Shown one piece after another: positions 60,791 through 64,000 of a DNA stretch of 64,000 nucleotides (within the stretch, counting starts at the first letter, position 1; every line of letters begins with the position of its first letter). The notes under the pieces were generated by a model, which was not told where the DNA came from, did not search any database, and worked only from the letters and a program-made list of their open reading frames with translations. Both the position numbers and the translations under genes were made by a program. The stretch lies in the NCBI RefSeq assembly GCF_009914755.1, contig NC_060931.1; one strand, written 5' to 3'. The DNA comes from the human T2T-CHM13v2.0 reference genome, Homo sapiens.

Positions 60791-63700
60791 CCTCGTACTT
60801 TCTCCAAAATGAATTTGTGCTATTTTCATATTGAGAACGAAACACAGATAGATACTAAACAGCTAGTTTAAATTCTCAGTTTGTTAGTTGTGGGAACTTG
60901 GGCAAGTGACCCCTTTTGTGAGGGGGAACATTACAGCTCACCCAGTTTTGTTGGAACTCCACCTAAGTTACAAAAATGATTTTTGTTTTGCCGACTTCTG
61001 GTTACACAGTCCAGTACATCCCTCATTTACTTGTCTTCATTTCAGCCACTGAATTACATTAATAGCCCTTAAAAATATTTCTCCCATTTAGGGAAAAATT
61101 ATACCCAAGACAAGGGAGCAAGTTGATGTTGTCCATCTGGGTTTGTGCCCATTATCTCCAGACCTGGAGTTATTAGCTGAGTTTACAATGTGAACACTTA
61201 TTTTCTTGTAGCCTTTAACCTCTCATTGGTCCATATTTCTCACTTTTTTAAAGAGTGTGGCCTTTTGACTTCCACTGTGCACCAATAAACTTAAATTAGA
61301 CAGAAATGGGACAATCCCCTTTGTAAGAACCCCCCAGTATTTCTGTACTTGAAAAATAAATTAATTGTTTTCTCCCCTTGATTCCTTCTTTGGATGGCCT
61401 TTGACTTGCCTCTCTCGAAGCAGCCAATGTTTATACAAGGCAAGCTCTGTATCAACAGTCATTCTTTGATTCACCCCTTCATAAACCTGGGGCCAAGAGG
61501 AAAAAAAAGTACAGGAATAATAAGAAAAAATAGAGGAATAAGTCAGCTTGGGACTGGATAGCCTGCTAGCAAAAATGACATTGGCTTTTGAGTTTGAAGA
61601 GGTTTGTTCTTGAGAAAATGTATTTCAATCAGCTCTCTAATACTCAGGTACCCAATAAGCTATTGATTCTTTCCAGTTGGGAACATAATGTAATAATGTG
61701 CTAGTCCATTAAGTCAGAGCTTCATCTTTGCACAATTCGTATTTTAAACTTTAAAGAGGCTCACAACCGAGCTTTCACAAACAGTAGCTGTTTACTTTCT
61801 TTCCACTAAAATAATCATTGCAAATACCCCTCTGAGAATGTATATTTTCAGATGCCAGGTAATCAAAGCTTAGTTGTACTCAGACGCTTTTTTAGAAACA
61901 AATGGAAAATAATTGCTTTAAAGTGCCCACTTGTGAGGATTTCTGCTCATCAGTATAATTGCCAGCATCCACTGTCTTTCTACCACAATAAATTCACAAT
62001 GATTCATTAGCTTCTATTAGGCGGGATGAAATAGATCATCTTGTTAACATTAACTTTGATTTTTAAATGGCTTTACTTGATTTCATATTGGGATTACAGT
62101 TTGCACATAAACTGAAATAATAAATACCCCCTGCCCCACTTTAAAGGTAGTAGAAGACAATAAAATTAGAACTCAGCCAGCCTTGCAGGATTTAGATATG
62201 TACTCTCAGTGTGGGTATTTACTCTAGGAGTGTTTTTATATCTTCTCTTTTGTCAAAGGAATTTAATTTCTTGACCATAAGCCTTTGCACACAGAACCCA
62301 GCAGTTGGCAAATAATCCGTAGGATGTGGTACCAAGTACCTTTGTCCAGCCATTTCTTTGGCATCAAATGAATAGGATGATTACTGCAAAAACTGCTGGG
62401 TGAGAATGCTTGTCAAAAACTTTGTAATCTTATATTTAACATATTCCCTAGATTGATGAGATCATAATTAATGTACCTCAAAACTACTTTGTATATGTGG
62501 ATATTGGTCAAAGGTTAACACACCTTTGTTGATTTCAGTTTTTAAACAGCCTGGGAAATATATCCTGTCTTTATCTTTGCCATAAAAATGGCTGTGGTAA
62601 TTGACTACTTGCATCAACTACCTTGATGGGATCCTGTCAACTCACTGAGGGGTCAACCTTAACTTTCTAAGGTCAATAGAAGTGGGCATCTCAGTCTCCC
62701 CCAAGTTGGTGAGCATCCTGAATGTGTGGATCACCAACAGTCCACCTAGTGACAGCCTCTGGGCAGTACTGCCCACATTCCTACTCTGTCTCAGCCTCCT
62801 CCACCAACTCGGGATCCCGTCTTCCAGTTTCTAGGTCTAGTATAGTTGAAAACAAAAATTAAGTTAAAAAAAAATGACTGTCCATAGGATATTTTAAAAG
62901 TTCCAATTGAAAGTGCAGATAGAACTTTTAATGATTGCTTCAAACACAAATAAACTGAGTACTCATTTAACTATTTTAGACTGTTTCAATATAACAAAAT
63001 GAAACAGAGAGGACTTCAAGGCAAAAATGATTCAGAGAGGCTACATGGAGAGGACTTCAAAGAGATGACTGGGGGTCAGAGAAGGGCCTGATTGTCAACC
63101 ATGCAACCATGCATGGTGAGCCAAGCAGGCACCAAGCAAGCATGTCTGGCCAGGGCCTAAAACAATAAAATGACATGAATGCTGGCCTTAGCAAGTTAAC
63201 AAGTGGCCAGAGTGCAGGAGAGCAAAACAGACAAATCACAGTTTCTTCGCTTGCACAGTGAGCAGGGGCTCACTTCACAGCAAACCCCACACACCCTATG
63301 CTGCTTCTAACCGTTTGTTCAGCAGGCTATAGAGGTGGCCTATATCCAGCACAGCACCAATGATTTATACAACTACACTGAAGGGAAGCAAGAAGCATTT
63401 CTTTAAAAAAAAAAAAAATCAGTGGGTATTTCTCATTTGGTGCTTGGGAAGCAGTAACCTAGTTTCTGGGCTGGCTGAAGAAAAATAACAAAGTGCCTGA
63501 TTTTTCAGTGCTGGGTCATTTCTAGAAGAAATAACTAGATGAAAGGATACCCATCAAAGTCTTTTAGAGATAAACCAGGGCAACTTTCAGTTGTTTGGAT
63601 GAATAACCTTAATTCCTATTAATATAAGCTGTGTTTGTCCTGTAGTGGAAGATCTACATGTATTGTGATGCAAATTTAATTTGGTTGAAAGCTTGCAATG

Positions 63701-64000
63701 CCACTAAAATTCTGAGAACTGCAAGTTTAAGACCTTTAAAGCTAGAGCTGAATAAACATGGGTATACTGTGCATTCTGGTATGTATAATAATTTGTTCTA
63801 ATAAACGTTTTGTTGATGTAGGTGAGGGATGGGGGACAATATTTGATCATAGGCTATTTTAGTCTTTCTATCCTTAAAACATCAAAACATAAGATTTGTA
63901 AGAAAGAATAGCTACCATGGAGTATTGGGGCAGCAGTCTGTGTCTTTGATCCAAGACAAATATGGGTCAAAATTGGAGGAAGCACACAAAGTTTACACAT

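Noticed and set aside
63007-63060. Repeated gagaggacttcaa
   Set aside because: Two 13-bp copies only; not an array

Overview
Primate (most likely human) AT-rich genomic DNA made up mostly of interspersed repeats: 18 Alus plus one FAM monomer, a near full-length ancient L1MA on the minus strand with a nested L1PA and two Alus, other L1/L2/MIR fragments, MaLR/ERVL LTRs, hAT and Tigger-type DNA transposons, and a probable degenerate class I ERV gag remnant. No intact protein-coding gene is visible; the supplied ORFs mostly come from Alu, L1 or low-complexity sequence. One strong 116-nt internal-exon candidate on + (58279-58394) suggests the window is intronic to a large gene that I could not identify. 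I see no evidence for a new biological system. The unexplained structure that is clearly present is a set of local template-switch-like scars between 24 and 39 kb: an Alu carrying an inverted Alu tail, a ~200-bp inverted duplication across an L1 5' junction, and a ~135-bp locally templated insertion inside a MER58A. Repeat subfamily names are from recalled consensus sequences, and boundaries without a TSD are approximate.
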